From positions 47,492,001 to 47,556,000 of the forward strand of contig OZ024751.1 in assembly GCA_964016885.1 (NCBI GenBank): a stretch of 64,000 nt of DNA. Reading direction: 5' to 3'. Origin of the DNA: Eledone cirrhosa (Eukaryota). This document shows, piece after piece, positions 1 through 16,262 of this stretch (position 1 is its first letter; every line of letters begins with the position of its first letter). The notes beneath the pieces are model-generated. The model was not told where the DNA came from and searched no databases. It saw only the letters and a program-made list of their open reading frames with translations. Position numbers and translations under genes: made by a program.

Positions 1-131
1 TTATTCGGGAAACCTCTGGTAATGAGGTAATTATATTGTACTGTTTATTATACATTAAATATTTAACTCTGTAACTTATATAGAGCACTCTTCATTCCTC
101 TGACTTTCACTTTTCAACGGAAACTTCAATA

Positions 132-232
<101 letters not shown>

Positions 233-362
233 TTATTAAAATAACAGATTAAAGTTTAAGCAAAGAATCGGTGCTTTCACCCATCTACGGTTCTTATATA
301 TTTGATATATATTTATCCTTATCGAGCCCTCTTTGGATTTTAGTCTTCAAATTTATTATTAT

Positions 363-1148
<786 letters not shown>

Positions 1149-1434
1149 GGAGGTGAGTTTTATTGTAGTACAATAAAGCAATGCAGATATCGGATAAGTA
1201 GCACTCTACAGTTTGTAGGACTGGAGTATAAATAATATATAAGATCAAAAGATGGTTAAAAGGGTTCCATGTATTTTATTATACGCATTTCAACAACGTC
1301 AAACGCAACTTTGTTAAATGTTCTTAATCCCATTCTAAATCAAGAAACTATTATTCCTATCGTAAATAACATCTCCAATCCAATTCCTTCTATAGATAAC
1401 ACTAGGTCACTTGTTAATAATTCTGTTAATTTCT

Positions 1435-1830
1435 CTAATCGCAATTGTAATTGCCCTGTTAAAAATAAATGTTCTCTCAACAACCATTGTCCTGAAAAAA
1501 ACATAATCTACGAATGTAAAGTTATAACTGACACCAATCCTTTACCTATTTTGGCTCCACTTCTACCTCCTTTAAAGCTCGTCTTTATAATCATCATTCG
1601 TCTTTTAAATACCAACTTAAAAGAACTAACACGGCACTCTCAGAACTCATATGGTCCTTGAAAGACAAAAATATTAACTATAACATCTCTTGGAGGAAGG
1701 TTTGTTCTGCTTCTCCATACTTGAATGGTTCTCTATCCAGGACATGTAATCTTTGTTTATGTGAGGAATTTACCATTATATCTAATTTAGATTCTATAAT
1801 AAATAGACGCACTGACTTGTATCACTTCCC
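1435..1830 (+). pseudogene. Frameshifted GIY-YIG endonuclease C-terminus of a Penelope/Neptune ORF
   Basis: CNCPVKNKCSLNNHCPEKNIIYECKV, then a frameshift near 1540, then TYFGSTSTSFKARLYNHHSSF...TALSELIWSLKDKNINYNISW...CNLCLCEEFTII...IINRRTD. This has the Cys-rich linker, IIY/YFG, the catalytic R/H region and the CNLC..E..N motifs typical of Neptune-clade GIY-YIG domains. Confidence 0.85.
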
Positions 1831-2641
1831 TTTCTTTCTTTTTTTTTTCTTTTTTCTTTTTTTCTTTTTCTTTTAATTTCTAACCTCTAATCTGTACCTT
1901 TTCTTCCTAGATACTTCTCAATTCTCATTTTTAATCACCACAATATATCCTTACCCTTTTAAATACTTTATAATATCACCTTGAAAAATCCTTCGTAAAC
2001 ATAAACATTTTTTTGAAGTTAGATTATTCATCCTCAATTCATTATTTTTTTCTCCCTTTAATGCTCATCTAACTTATACATATTACACTTATTCATCCAC
2101 TCTTCTACTTCTTTTCACAATATATCCTTAATTACATTACTATTGTTATATTTTTATATATTTTTAATAATACATATCAACAATTTCTTTCCATCGCACA
2201 TATTATTAAACCCTTAAATATTATTCTTAATACATATTAACAATTTCTTTTCATCGCACATATTATTAAACCCTTCAATATACAAACCTTAATTTAACAT
2301 TATTCTAGAATTTTTCTCTTCGTTAATTTTCAAATTCTTTTAATTTATTTATTATCTTCCAACGGTTTTTTTAACCTCTCTATGTAAAACAATATATTTT
2401 TCTCAGTTATAAAATCTATCTCTCTCTCTCTATCACCCATCTCTCCTCCTATCTCATCCTTCCTTATTATACTCCTCCCCCTCCATTCTTTAATTTCATC
2501 TCCTCCTCTTTTTCATCCTTTCCACCCCACCCCCCTCAATTTTTTCCCCAATATCACACATCAATCTAAAACTACTTTTCATATGTTGATTTAAAACTGC
2601 ACTATCCACAAGTGTTTTTTAACCTTCATATCATGTCTCCC

Positions 2642-2712
2642 TATTTTATCTGACGAAAACGCAAATGTCATCGCATGATGATATTTGTTTTTGAAATGCG
2701 CATAATAAAATA
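2642..2712 (+). ncRNA. Minimal type I hammerhead in the Penelope 3' repeat (family B)
   Basis: tattttat-CTGACGA-aaacgcaaatgtcatc(gcat)gatgatatttgttttt-GAAA-TGCGCA-TA-ataaaata: 8-bp stem I, about 16-bp stem II, palindromic stem III. Confidence 0.88.
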
Positions 2713-2742
2713 CATGGAACTCTTTTAACCACCTTTTGATCT

Positions 2743-2808
<66 letters not shown>

Positions 2809-3084
2809 GACATATATTTACATTATATTCATTTATATATATATACGTGCATAGATATGAACACATACTCATATACGCGGGCGTTCGTGTATATTATTTT
2901 GCACTTCTATTGATTCTTTTCTATCTATCTGTCTGTCGCTCTGTCTGTATATATATATATATGGGGTAACAAATAATAGTTAAATGCAGTCCACTTAGGT
3001 ATAGTCCAGTTTCCCTGAAAAAATTGTCAGCTATGAGATTAAAAACTTTTTTTGTATAGCAAACCATGTCAACCTTCTTTCCTG

Positions 3085-3158
<74 letters not shown>

Positions 3159-3356
3159 ATCATGATATATATAGATGTGTATTCATTGATGTGACTGTTC
3201 TGACATTCGTGTTGTATTTTTGTTCATCTGTTGTGTGTTCCTGGTCAAACGTCTCTGCTATTTGTTCTTGACAGTAGTCCTGTGTCTGCTGGAAATTCTC
3301 TAAGTGTTTATAGAGAACAACAACTACACGACTAAATAATGAAATACTCCAACGAC

Positions 3357-3408
<52 letters not shown>

Positions 3409-3785
3409 TTTTCGTTGCTTCACCATCTTTGTTAGTTTACACTCTCGCTGTCCTCTTTATTTACGTGTCCCAACGACTTTCTTTAGCCGTTGCTCGCACC
3501 AACCGGAGGTATATGGTCTTTAAAGCGAAGTAATACCTGTGATGGTTGGAAGATCACTGACGAAGGACCACTTTATTTATATATATATATATATATATGT
3601 ACGGCAACACTCATCTTTTTCCATTTCTCCGAGGGTTATAAACCCCACTATCAGGCTAGAAATTTCTTTAGTCTAAAATACGGTGAAAGCTTATAATTTC
3701 TAATTTCTAATTTCAAACTCGCGCACCGTTTCAAAAACATACTTACATGTTTACGTTTATAATTTACTTGTTTATATATATATAT

Positions 3786-4101
<316 letters not shown>

Positions 4102-4120
4102 TGCGTAAATATACATACAT

Positions 4121-4173
<53 letters not shown>

Positions 4174-4273
4174 TATACATATATATATATACATATACAC
4201 ATATATATACACATACACACACCCACATATATATATATATACATAAATATATTCATACACACCCACACACACA

Positions 4274-4325
<52 letters not shown>

Positions 4326-4329
4326 GTAT

Positions 4330-4492
4330 TTAATTAAGTCTCATATAAAATAATACAACTGGCTATCCGCAAAATACGTAGAGTTAGCACCCCAAACGTA
4401 TAACTGGGATTATACTAAGGTATATTCTAATGTTTGTTGAGTGAGACGGAAGTCGGTCGGAGTATTGCTTAAGGCTTTCTCTGTTAATGTAT
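4330..4492 (+). mobile_element. Family E TA-associated dispersed repeat; other copies 11045-11215 (+), 15322-15525 (-), 24232-24400 (-)
   Basis: Shared tctcatataaaataatacaactggc...ttagcaccccaaac...ctaatgtttgttgagtgaga. The 15.5-kb copy is preceded on its own strand by GAAA-CAATTG-TT, the 3' half of an HHR. Confidence 0.8.
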
Positions 4493-4520
4493 TATATATA
4501 TATATATATATATATATTCA

Positions 4521-5243
<723 letters not shown>

Positions 5244-5394
5244 AGAGAGACAGAGTCGATTAAATCTCACCCCAGTGCATTACTGGTACTTTATTTTATC
5301 GACCCTGTAAGGATGAAAGTCAGAGTTAGCCTCAGCAGAATTGGAACACAGAATGTAATGTGCCTTAACTCTATGCCGCGAAGCATACTAAAGA

Positions 5395-6200
5395 TGATGA
5401 TGAAGATGGTGATGGTGATGATAGTAATATCAATAATACTGACAATGGTGATGATGATAGTAATATTGATGATGGTGATGATGATGATGACGGTGATAAT
5501 GATATTAGAGACGACTATGATGATGACGAGGAGGAGGAGGAGGAGGAGGAAGTAGAAGAAGAAGAAGAAGAAGAAGAAGAAGAAGAAGAAGAAGAAGAAG
5601 AAGAAGAAGAAGAAGAAGAAGAAGAAGAAGAAGAGAAGAAGAAGAAGAGAAGAAGAAGAGAAGAAGAAGAAGAAGAAGAGAAGAAGAAGAAGAAGAAGAA
5701 TAGAAGAAGAATAGAAGAAGAAGAAGAAAACAAGAAGAAGAAGAAGAGGAAGAAGAAGAAGAAGCGAAGAACAAGAAGAAAACAAGAAGAAGAGGAAAAA
5801 GAAGAAGTAGAAGAAGAAGAAGGAGAAGAGGAAGAGAAGAGAAGAAGTAGAAGAAGAAAACAAGAAGAAGAAGAAGAGGAAGAAGAAGAAGAAGCGAAGA
5901 ACAAGAAAAAGAAGAAGAAGAAGAAGTGGAAAAAGAAGAAGTAGAAGAAGAAGAAGGAGAAGAGAAGAGAAGAAGTAGTAGAAGAAGAAGAAGAAGAAAA
6001 GAAGAGGAAGAAGAAGGAGAAGAGAAGAAGAGAAGAAGAAGAAAACAAGAAGAAGAAGAAGAAGAAGAAGAAGAAGAAGAAGAAGAAGAAGAAGAAGAAG
6101 AAGAAGAAGAAGAAGAAGAAGAAGAGGTGGACAATGACGGTGATAACGACGATGCTGATGGGGAAGACGCTGACAACTCTGATGATTGCGATGATGATGA
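5395..6200. repeat. (GAT)n/(GAA)n compound microsatellite
   Basis: Directly visible. Confidence 0.95.
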
Positions 6201-6352
6201 CTATGAGAATACTAAAGCTAAATATTTCCAATGGTTTAACCCACCATTGGATTGTCCGGTCTGTACCAAGCTGGCTCTAGTTACATTAGAGTTAATATTA
6301 TGGCGTATGTTAGAGAACATGATACCTTATAACTACTGAGAGAGAGAGAGAG

Positions 6353-6433
<81 letters not shown>

Positions 6434-7227
6434 GGAGAGAGTGAGAGTGTGATAGATAGAGGGAGGGAGAGAGAGAGAGGGAGAGAGAGAGGGAGAGAGA
6501 AGGAGCAGGGATAGAGATGATGGGAAATAGAGAGAGTGTAATAGATAGAGGGAGGGAGTGTGGTGAGATAGATAGAAATGTAGAGAAAAGGAGACGGAGA
6601 GAGAGAGAGAGAAAGAGGAGAGGAAGAGAGAGAGAGAGAGAGAGAGGGGAAAAAAGAGAAATAGAGAGATGGAGAGAGAGAGAGACTAATTGATTTAGGT
6701 ATTGAAACTAAAGTTAAGCTGAAGAGAACAGATACTGCAAACTGGATATATAAATATGCACACACATACATACGTACACTCACATACACACACAAACATA
6801 CACACACTCACGCACACACATTTACATACACACTCATATGAATGTAAGTACGTACGTATGTATGTATGAATGGATGCATGTATGTATGTAAATCTACTTG
6901 TATGTATGTATGTAAATCTACTTGTATGTATGTATGTAAATCTACTTGTATGTATGAATGTAAATCCACATGTATATACATACGTATGTATGTATATATG
7001 TATGTATGTGTATTTGTATGTGTGAATATGTGTATGTATGTGTGTGGGGAAATTATTTCGTAATTTTTGTCACGAACACAGAGGCTTTTAGCGTTATGTA
7101 ATTTGTCTGGCACTAATTTTTCATAGTGAGCCGCGCAAGCGCATAAAACCGTGTAAGGAAACGCATACATATATACATGTTCATACATATAGGCTTCTAC
7201 AAGCACATATACATACGTATACACATA

Positions 7228-7263
<36 letters not shown>

Positions 7264-7425
7264 GTGTGTGTGAGAGAGTGTCTGTGTGTTTATGGATCTA
7301 TATACACACACAAAAACAAACGAACATATCCGATTTCACAACTGTGCACACACTTTGTGACATGAAAGACTGGTCTTTTGAACCACAGGTACAACTTTTT
7401 TTTTTACCAGCTGAATACAATAGAA

Positions 7426-7456
<31 letters not shown>

Positions 7457-7492
7457 CATACATACATACATACATACATACATACATACATA

Positions 7493-8330
7493 AGAGATAG
7501 GGATGCAGGCAAAATACCTAGATGTGATAACAAGTGCAGACTCTGCAGAATTAACATCGAACATGTCCAAAGATGTCATCGCGGTACTATCTACCTATGA
7601 GGCATGATGTAGTGGCCAAAACACTGTACAATGCAATCCGTAGAAAAGATAGCCCCGATAATAAACACATTAAAAGCTACAGCAATGTGGAAGACATACA
7701 TGTACATAATATGAAAGAGTACTGGTGGAATGTTCCAGTAAAAACCCCAATAAAATGCAGGCATAACAGACCAGATGTTATGATATGGGACAGGGAGAAG
7801 AAAGCATGCACAGTAGTGGAAATTAGCTGCCTAACAGATGCCAATATCTTATCAAAGATTAGCGAAAAGGAGAATATTTATGCTGAACTAATGAGAAATC
7901 TGCAGATACTCCACCCTGATTATACCTTCAGATTTATGCCTGTGATTATTGGGGCACTGGGATATGTTAGTAACTGCCTCAATACAAATCTTGAGAAGCT
8001 AGGCTTCACAGAAACAGAAAGAACTCAACTAGTTAGGAAATTATAAGTACAATCCATTAATGGAACAGTAAAAATATGTAAAACATTCCAAAAACTTTGC
8101 ATCTAATAACTGCATATTCACATGTACAGATACAAAGCATATACACATGCACACATACAACTCAAAACATACACATCCACACATACAATAACATCCATAC
8201 CTGCATGGATGCATGCAGACATATCTACCTCGTTGATGTGTAAATTCCAATGAGAGAGTCTTGTGTCTATGTTAGAAACCGACTCTCTCTCTATCGGCAA
8301 AAATTTGTAAAATTATAAAACCAGAAGAAC
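7493..8330 (+). mobile_element. 5'-truncated R4/Dong-like non-LTR retrotransposon (RLE domain plus 3' UTR) inside (TACA)n
   Basis: KCRLC remnant, then RHD...NRPDVMIWD...VVEISC...EKENIY...PVIIGALG (PD-(D/E)xK restriction-like endonuclease). (TACA)n lies on both sides. Confidence 0.88.
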
Positions 8331-8872
8331 ATACATACATACATACATACATGCGTTTGTATAGTCAGTTTTGCTGTTAAACAGCAAAACCGACTATAAT
8401 GTCTTGCTGAAGGACACAATACGTCGCCTTGGATGGAAGTCACAAACTTATGAACCTGAGTTGATCATCATAACCACAAGGCCACTCGCATGTTAGACAC
8501 GCCGGGGCTGTGAGAGAGGGGGGGGGGGGATCGCGTATCATTCCATATTTAATTATGGTCGGTATGTGTATGTTTATGTTGTGGATATTTATTTATATAA
8601 TGCTAAAAATAAATGATCTACATGCTAAAAAAAATATAAATGATTAAATATTGCTAATGGTGGCTTCACTTTCAACTATTGGCTATGACAACGAATACAG
8701 TCACACACCTCGACTCACTAACACTCTATATATGCAGTATACTAGCAATATAGGTTCAAGTATGAGCCTAATACTAGCAGCGAGACTAATGACTTATTTG
8801 ATATTGGTACCGGGAAAAAATCACGAAAATCTAGGCAGAAAGATGAAACAGTTCTCGTCCTGTAGACATCAT

Positions 8873-8924
<52 letters not shown>

Positions 8925-9211
8925 AAGATGTATATATTCTGGGCTGCACAGGGCAATGACAAAGGAGACACCGAGAGTGCCATCTGCTCAGCCAACCCCT
9001 GGAAATCACAACAGTTTCGAAACATTAAGGTTGACATTTTTCAATCCAATGCACATTGGGATGCAACAAAATAGGTAGAGACAAGGGCAGGACAAGTTAT
9101 ACCTGTCGGTGGAGTACAAACATGTAGATGAAAAAAAAAAAAGAAAAAAACAAACGGAAAAAAAAAGATAAACAAACGAAAAAAAGAAGGAAAAAAGGAA
9201 AGGAAACAAGT

Positions 9212-9216
<5 letters not shown>

Positions 9217-9254
<38 letters not shown>

Positions 9255-10501
9255 GAGGGAGGGGGGGAGAAAATGAGAGAAGAGAGAGAGAGATGAGGTG
9301 AGAGAGTGAGAGAGGGAGGAGAGAAAATGAGAGAAAGAGAGAGAGAGGGAGAGAGGAGGGAGAAAATGAGAGAAAGAGAGAGAGAGAGAGGAAGAGGAGG
9401 GAGAAAATGAGAGAAAGAGAGAAAGAGAGAGAGAGAGAGGGAGAGAGGAGGGAGAAAATGAGAGAAAGAAAGAGAGAGAGAGGGAGAGAGGAGGGAGAAA
9501 ATGAGAGAAAGAGGGAGAGAGAGAGGGAGAGAGGAGGGAGAAAATGAGAGAAAGAGGGAGAGAGAGGAAGAGGAGGGAGAAAATGAGAGAAAGAGAGAGA
9601 GAGAGGGAGAGAGGAGGGAGAAAATGAGAGAAAGAGAGAGAGAGAGAGGGAGAGAGGAGGGAGAAAATGAGAGAAAGAAAGAGAGAGAGAGGGAGAGAGG
9701 AGGGTGAAAATGAGAGAAAGAGAGAGAGAGAGAGGGAGAGAGGAGGGAGAAAATGAGAGAAAGAAAGAGAGAGAGAGAGGGAGAAAATGAGAGAAAGAGG
9801 GAGAGAGAGAGGGAGAGAGGGAGAAAATGAGAGAAAGAGAGACAGAGAGACAGAGAGAGATGAGGTGAGAGAGAGAGAGGTGGGAACAGAGAGTATGAGT
9901 GAACAGGAGAATGAGTGTATGTGTGTGTGTGTATGTGTGTGTGTGTGTATGTCTGTGTAAGTGTTTATCTCTGTGGCTGTGTGTGTGTGTCTATGTGTGT
10001 ATGTCTGTGTGTATGTCTGTCTATGTATGTCTGTGTATGTGTGTGAGTGTGTGAGAGAGAGAGAGAGTGAGTATGTGTGAGTAAGTGTTTATCTCTGTGG
10101 CTGTGTGTGTGTCTATGTGTGTATGTCTGTGTGTATGTCTGTCTATGTATGTCTGTGTATGTGTGTGAGAGAGAGAGAGTGAATATGTGTGAGTAAGTGT
10201 TTCTCTCTGTAGCTGTGTGTGTGTCTAAGTGTGTATGTCTGTGTGTTTGTCTGTCTATGTATGTCTGTGTATGTGTGAGAGAGAGAGAGAGAGAGAGAGA
10301 GTGAGAGAGAGAGAGAGTAAGAGAGAGAGAGAGCTAGAGAGAGAGAGAGAGAGAGAGAGTGAGAGAGAGAGAGAGTAAGAGAGAGAGAGAGCTAGAGAGA
10401 GAGTAAGAGAGAGAGAGAGAGAGTAAGAGAGAGCGAGAGAGAGAGTAAGAGAGAGAGAGAGAGAGAGAGCTAGAGAGAGAGAGAGAGCTAGAGAGAGAGA
10501 A

Positions 10502-10532
<31 letters not shown>

Positions 10533-10622
10533 GTAAGAGAGAGAGAGAGAGAGAGTGAGAGTGAGGGAGAGAGAGAGAGAGAGAGAGTAAGAGAGAGTAA
10601 GAGAGAGAGAGAGAGAGGGAGA
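9217..10622. repeat. (GA)n/(TG)n-rich low-complexity block with repeated gggagaaaatgagagaaa units
   Basis: Directly visible. Confidence 0.92.
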
Positions 10623-10965
10623 GTCTGTCATAGTTCTGCCATCATAAACTAAGCAGACGACGATCTATGATACAAGCAGCCACCAGTCCATCGTTTCATA
10701 TTAGGCCGTGTTTACAACTTCCATTACCACTTCAATTACCGGCTATAGATTACTAAATATAATTTAGGTTTACAGAATAAAAAGAAGAGTAAGAATTCTT
10801 TCAGCATTATTCATTAAAATATATTAAATTACAGACACTTATAAGGCTTTGTTGATCAATAGTATTTATAGGTATTCTATGATTTTGAACAAACCTCCGG
10901 GAGAATCCCATTTATCTCTCGCTTTTTCACTCTTTCTATCTCTCTCTCGCTCTCTCACCCATATT

Positions 10966-11025
<60 letters not shown>

Positions 11026-11215
11026 TATATATATAGATATATTTTAATTTTAATTATATCTCATATAAAATAATACAACTGGCTTTCCACAAAATACATA
11101 TAGTTAGCACCCCAAACACAAAATTGGGATTATACTAAGGTATATCCTAATGTTTGTTGAGTGAGATGGTAGCCAGTCAGAGTTTAGCTTAAAGCTTTCT
11201 CTGTGATTGTATTAA

Positions 11216-11300
<85 letters not shown>

Positions 11301-11361
11301 TGTATATATGTATGTATATATTTATGTATATATTTATGTATGTATGTATGTGTGTATGTAT

Positions 11362-11912
11362 GTTCTTCTGGTTTTATAATTTCACAAAGTTTTACCAATA
11401 GAGGGAGAGTCGGTTTCGAACATAGACGCAAGACTCTCTCATTTGAATTTACACAACATCAACTAGGTAGATATGTATGTATGCATGTGTAGATATGGAT
11501 GTTATTGTATGTGTGGATGTGTATGTTTTGAGTTGTATGTGTGCATGTGTATATGCTTTGTATCTGTACATGTGTATATGCAGTTATTAGATGCAACATT
11601 GTTGTAATGTTTTACATATTTTTACTGTTCCATTAATGGATTGTACTTATAATTTCCTAACTAGTCATGTTCTTTCTGTTTCTGTGAAGCCCAGCTTCTC
11701 AAGATTTGTATTGAGGCAGTTACTAACATATCCCAGTGCCCCAATAATCACAGGCATAAATCTGAAGGTATAGTCAGGGTGGAGTATCTGCAGATTTCTC
11801 ATTAGTTCAGCATAAATATTCTCCTTTTCGCTAATCTTTGATAAGATATTGGCATCTGTTAGGCAGCTAATTTCCACTACTGTGCATGCTTTCTTCTCCC
11901 TGTCCCATATCA
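11362..11912 (-). mobile_element. Second 5'-truncated copy of the same R4-like family
   Basis: Near-identical MIWDREKKACTVVEISC...KLGFTETER peptide and 3' UTR; TACA/TATG repeats on both sides. Confidence 0.88.
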
Positions 11913-11985
11913 TTATGTATGCATGTATGTATGTATGTATGTATGTATGTATGTATGTATGTATGTATGTATGTATGTATGTATG

Positions 11986-12595
11986 TCAGGTCACCAGTTG
12001 GTGCTACTGGTAACATGTATTCCAGTACAACCTGTCCCATGGTCGGGTCGTTGGCGACTAAACTGGCAACCCCACCAAGGTTTCTTGGTGAGGAGGGTGA
12101 CTTTGGACATCCTGCAGGACTAAAAACAAAACCTGTCAAAAGGCAAAGGAGCTCTTAAGAGTCAATGGCCATCCAAAATCACCGGGAGAGATGACCCCTT
12201 AGCCTTTGTCAAGGCAGAATTCTAGGAGAAGGAAAACTCTGATATAACACCTGCAACCCTGATGGTATCCAATGATGTTGACTTGTTCTTCTTTTTGGTA
12301 AATATCATCTTGGTTAAGAGAGTGGGACTGGCTTTGTGCAGTGCCTTTGCTCACTATAAAAGCTTCACGGCACAGGCATTGCTTTATATCTGGAGATCTC
12401 TCTGCATTTGTCGTCACATGGTACCATGGGCCCAGCACTATGTGTCAATAATTGTCACAAGTGTAGTGTTTGTACCAGAGCTTTCAAGTCGCTGGCTGGA
12501 CTAAAAAGTCACACTCGTTCAGCGCATCAGTAGGGGTTCTCCTACATGGATATAAAGTAGTGGCCGTACTCGAAAACGAGTTGGCAGCCACCATG
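11986..12595 (+). mobile_element. Non-autonomous retroelement (RTE-like, tentative) ending in a (TATG)n tail; second copy 20920-21325 on -
   Basis: About 400 bp are near-identical between the two loci; the end ...gcagccacc runs into the ATGT repeat; no credible ORF. Confidence 0.72.
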
Positions 12596-12879
12596 TATGT
12601 ATGTATGTATTCATGTATGTATGTATGTATGTATGTATGTATGTATGTATGTATGTATGTATGTACGTATGTATGTATGTATGTACGTATGTATGTGTGT
12701 ATGTATGTATGTGTGTATGTACGTATGTATATATGTATTCAAGTATGTATGTATGTATGTATGTATGTATGTATGTATGTATGTATGTATGTGTGTATGT
12801 ATGTGTGTATGTGTGTATGTATGTATGTATGTATGTATGTATGTATGTATGTATGTATGTATGTGTGTTTTCTCTTTCT

Positions 12880-13737
12880 CTTAATTTCGAGTATATTTTT
12901 TTGACCGGCCACCTTCCTGGTGGCAAGGTTGTAAAAGAAAAGAAATTGTCATCCCTTGAATCGCAAGAATGTTTTGCATATTTTGAAGGTGCCAGCTATC
13001 GCAGCCATTTGTAGACTATGAATTAGGGAGCTGCGCTTTTTGTCCGCAAATCCAAGTTCGGTCATACTTTGGTCCAAGCGGGTTGGTATATAACCCGTAG
13101 CACCAATAATGATGGGTATGAAGCTAAAGGTGTATCTTGGATACTGGATTTGTAAGCTCCTCATCAATGGTCCGTAGATGTCCTCCTTCTCCTGTATTTT
13201 TCTGACAACGTTTACATCAAGTGGGCAGCTGATCTCCACAACAGAACACGTTTTCAATGTGTGGTCCCAAACTACAATATCAGGCCGGTTGTGCTTTAAT
13301 TTGGTGGCAGTTTTTATTTTCAGGTTCCACCAGTATTCCTTAGTGCCATCTGTCTCAATATATTCTTCCTCGTTTGTTGTTAATTTTGTTTTCCGAAGTG
13401 CGTTCCAGATAGTTCTAGCTATCCCATCGTGTCTCATGGGGAGGTAGTAGCGAGATGACATTCTTTCGCAGCTGGCAACAATGTGGCTTACATCCTCGAT
13501 CTTTGTTTTACATAGCCTACATTTATTGTCAGCTGCTGGCCCTCCTCTTTTGTGCAGCAGATATTTGGTAGGGAGTTCTTGTTCCTGTATTGCATAGAGA
13601 TATCCCTCAAGGTGTGATGTCATAAACTTGTCGGAACTCCATGCCAGGCTTTTTGAGTGGTTTATCCCCTCTATGGTCTGTGTTTTACGCCTCAAGTATC
13701 CATGCACAACTTTCTCTGTAAATTGGTCAATTTTTTT
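12880..13737 (-). mobile_element. Different R4/Dong-like family: open CCHC plus RLE C-terminus of about 260 aa
   Basis: HGY...EGYLYAIQEQELPTKY...CRLCKTKIEDVSHIVASC...RHD...NRPDIVVWD...VVEISCP...EKEDIY...PIIIGATG; flanked by (TATG)n. Confidence 0.9.
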
Positions 13738-14051
13738 TGTATGTATGTATGTATGTATGTATGTATGTATGTATGTATGTATGTATGTATGTATGTATGT
13801 ATGTATGTATGTGTGTATGTATGTATGTATATATGTATTCAAGTATGTATGTATGTATGTATGTATGTATGTATGTATGTATGTATGTATGTATGTATGT
13901 ATGTATGTATGTATATATGTATTCAAGTATGTATGTATGTATGTATGTATGTATGTATGTATGTATGTATGTATGTATGTACGTATGTATGTGTGTATGT
14001 ATGTATGTGTGTATGTATGTGTGTATGTATGTATGTGTGTATGTATGTATG

Positions 14052-14085
<34 letters not shown>

Positions 14086-14542
14086 TGTATGTATGTATGT
14101 ATGTATGTATGAATATGCATGTATATATGGGTAGATACATGTATATATACATATTTAGTCGTCAAGTATGAAATTTGTAGAAATTTATATTAAAAAAAAC
14201 CCTACAAATTTCATGCTTGACGACTCAATATATATATCTTCTTCCTCCCGTTAGACCTGTGCGAAATTCCTTCCTTGCTCACATTTCAACTAGGTTTGAT
14301 GGTCTTTATTCTCTCGTTCACGATTCCACCGAATTTATATTCATAGAAATCTGGGACTTGTTTCTTTCTTCTTCATCACTTTCTGTTGCTTAAACCATTT
14401 TGTTTGTTTACCCTAGCGTCCCCTTTATTTACGTGTCCCAACGACTTTTTTTAGCCGTTGCTCTCACCAACCTGAGGTATATGGCCTTTAAAGCGACGAA
14501 ATGCCTACGACGGTTGGAAGGCCACTGATGAAGGACAAAGTT

Positions 14543-14573
<31 letters not shown>

Positions 14574-14946
14574 GATATGTATATGGATAGATGAATACGT
14601 ACGTATATACATACATACATATGTGTGTATGTATGTATGTATGTATGTATGTATGTATGTATGTATGTATGTATGTATGTATGTATGTATGTATGTATGT
14701 ATGTATGTATGTATGTATGTATGTATGTATGTGTGTATGTATGTATGTGTGTATGTATGTATGTATGTATTCATGTATGTATGTATGTATGTATGTATGT
14801 ATGTATGTATGTATGTATGTATGTATGTATGTATGTATGTATGTATGTATGAATATGCATGTATATATGGGTAGATACATGTATATATACATATTTAGTC
14901 GTCAAGTATGAAATTTGTAGAAATTTATAGAAAAAAAACCCTACAA

Positions 14947-15000
<54 letters not shown>

Positions 15001-15286
15001 CATATATATATTTGAAAATATAATTGAAAATTGCGGCAGGCAAAACCCAACTATACAATACCAATCAACGAAAAATCTATGTATATGTATACAAATATGT
15101 ATACATATACAAATATGTATATGTATACAAATATGTATATGTATACAAATTATCTTTGCGTATATATTTACGGACGTATAATTAATTATATATAATTAGT
15201 AATTTGTATTCACATGAATATAAATGTCGTCGGTGTTCTATACATTAGAACGTATAAACTGACACACACACAAACGTATACAACAC

Positions 15287-15323
<37 letters not shown>

Positions 15324-15606
15324 TTTAATACAATAACAGATAGCTTTAAGCTAAACTCCGACTGGTAACCATCTCACTCAACAAACATTAGGTTATATGT
15401 TAGTATAAACCCAATTTAAGTGTTTGGGGTGCTAACTATATGTATTTTGTGGAAAGCCAGTTGTATTATTTTATGAGATATAATTAAAGTTAAAATATAT
15501 CTCTCTTTCCAAACAATTGTTTCATTATAAGTTTTCTACAAATTGGGAGAATGTTTCCAGTTTATGGAGAAGCCTAATATATATTCATTTAAGAATATAC
15601 TTATAT

Positions 15607-15670
<64 letters not shown>

Positions 15671-15902
15671 TCAAGTGTTGTATACGTTTGTGTGTGTGTC
15701 AGTTTATACGTTGAACCAACCAACCAACCAAGCGGAAATTTATAAATTTTTTAAATTATAATTTAATTTATAATAAATTGGAGTGAAAGCAATTGGTGCG
15801 TGTGCTGCTTATTGGCAACATGACACCTCCCAAAGTATAACAATATCGGTTTCAACACACGTTTTCAGATAAAGAATCTTGCTAAACAAATTCAGGAACG
15901 AA

Positions 15903-15935
<33 letters not shown>

Positions 15936-16124
15936 TTTCCAGCATAGTTATGTCCCTTTACGGTCTGAGTTCAAATCCTGCCGAAGTTAACTATGCCTTT
16001 CATCCTTACGGGGTCGATAAAATAAAGTACCAGTAATTTCATGGTTAATTGCTGGCCTTGTGCCAAAATTAGAAACAATTATATTATTCTCAGTATTTCA
16101 CAATCTTTCAATCTCGTTCTCTCT

Positions 16125-16260
<136 letters not shown>

Positions 16261-16262
16261 GT

